Origin: Pseudomonas aeruginosa
GTDB taxonomy: Bacteria > Pseudomonadota > Gammaproteobacteria > Pseudomonadales > Pseudomonadaceae
NCBI RefSeq assembly: GCF_001457615.1
Contig: NZ_LN831024.1
Coordinates: 2,550,001 to 2,582,000 of the forward strand
DNA: 32,000 nucleotides
Reading direction: 5' to 3'
The notes beneath the pieces were generated by a model. It saw only the letters and a program-made list of their open reading frames with translations, was not told where the DNA came from and did no database searches. Shown piece by piece: positions 31,948-32,000 of the stretch. Numbering within the stretch: position 1 is the stretch's first letter; each line of letters opens with the position of its first letter. The position numbers and the translations under genes were made by a program.

Positions 31948-32000
31948 GTCGTTGCCGGCGCCTCCCGCCGCCCACTCTTGCCGCAAAAGCCCCATGAGAA

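Overview
High-GC Pseudomonas aeruginosa-type chromosomal DNA. From gene content and order I recognise it as the region equivalent to PAO1 PA2603 through PA2579, read in the opposite orientation. Locus tags and gene names are from memory and synteny, not from a search.

Layout:
- 1-2.7 kb: a multi-rhodanese sulfurtransferase (truncated by the window edge), translationally coupled to a cysteine-dioxygenase-type thiol dioxygenase that is frameshifted here, and a divergent LysR regulator.
- 2.9-10.4 kb: a same-strand sulfur-scavenging cluster of two SsuD-like flavin monooxygenases, one acyl-CoA-dehydrogenase-fold (SfnB/DszC-like) enzyme and four paralogous SsuA/TauA-type periplasmic binding proteins. 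It has no permease, ATPase or flavin reductase.
- 10.4-21.1 kb: a dense quorum-sensing and global-regulation neighbourhood. It holds qteE, an orphan polyamine-type binding protein, a perfect las/rhl box, vqsR, a TonB-dependent transducer + MFS + AraC trio, a 617-bp untranslated region upstream of pqsH, pqsH and gacA.
- 21.1-23.7 kb: uvrC, pgsA and tRNA-Gly(GCC).
- 24.4-27.9 kb: a BvgS-like hybrid sensor kinase and a small ProQ/FinO-domain protein. These sit between tRNA-Gly and tRNA-Cys(GCA), two tRNAs that are adjacent in the E. coli pgsA-glyW-cysT-leuZ locus.
- 28.7-31.9 kb: an uncharacterised lipoprotein, mdaB and kynA.

I found no CRISPR array, IS element, integrase or recognisable defence system.

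Most interesting observations:
- the transporter-less binding-protein/monooxygenase cluster
- the tRNA-bracketed kinase + FinO module and the structured tRNA-Gly 3' trailer
- the long structured pqsH upstream region
- the dioxygenase frameshift
- the TonB-dependent transducer with no sigma/anti-sigma partner

The many long Arg/Pro/Gly-rich ORFs in the track are antisense or off-frame shadows typical of high-GC DNA.
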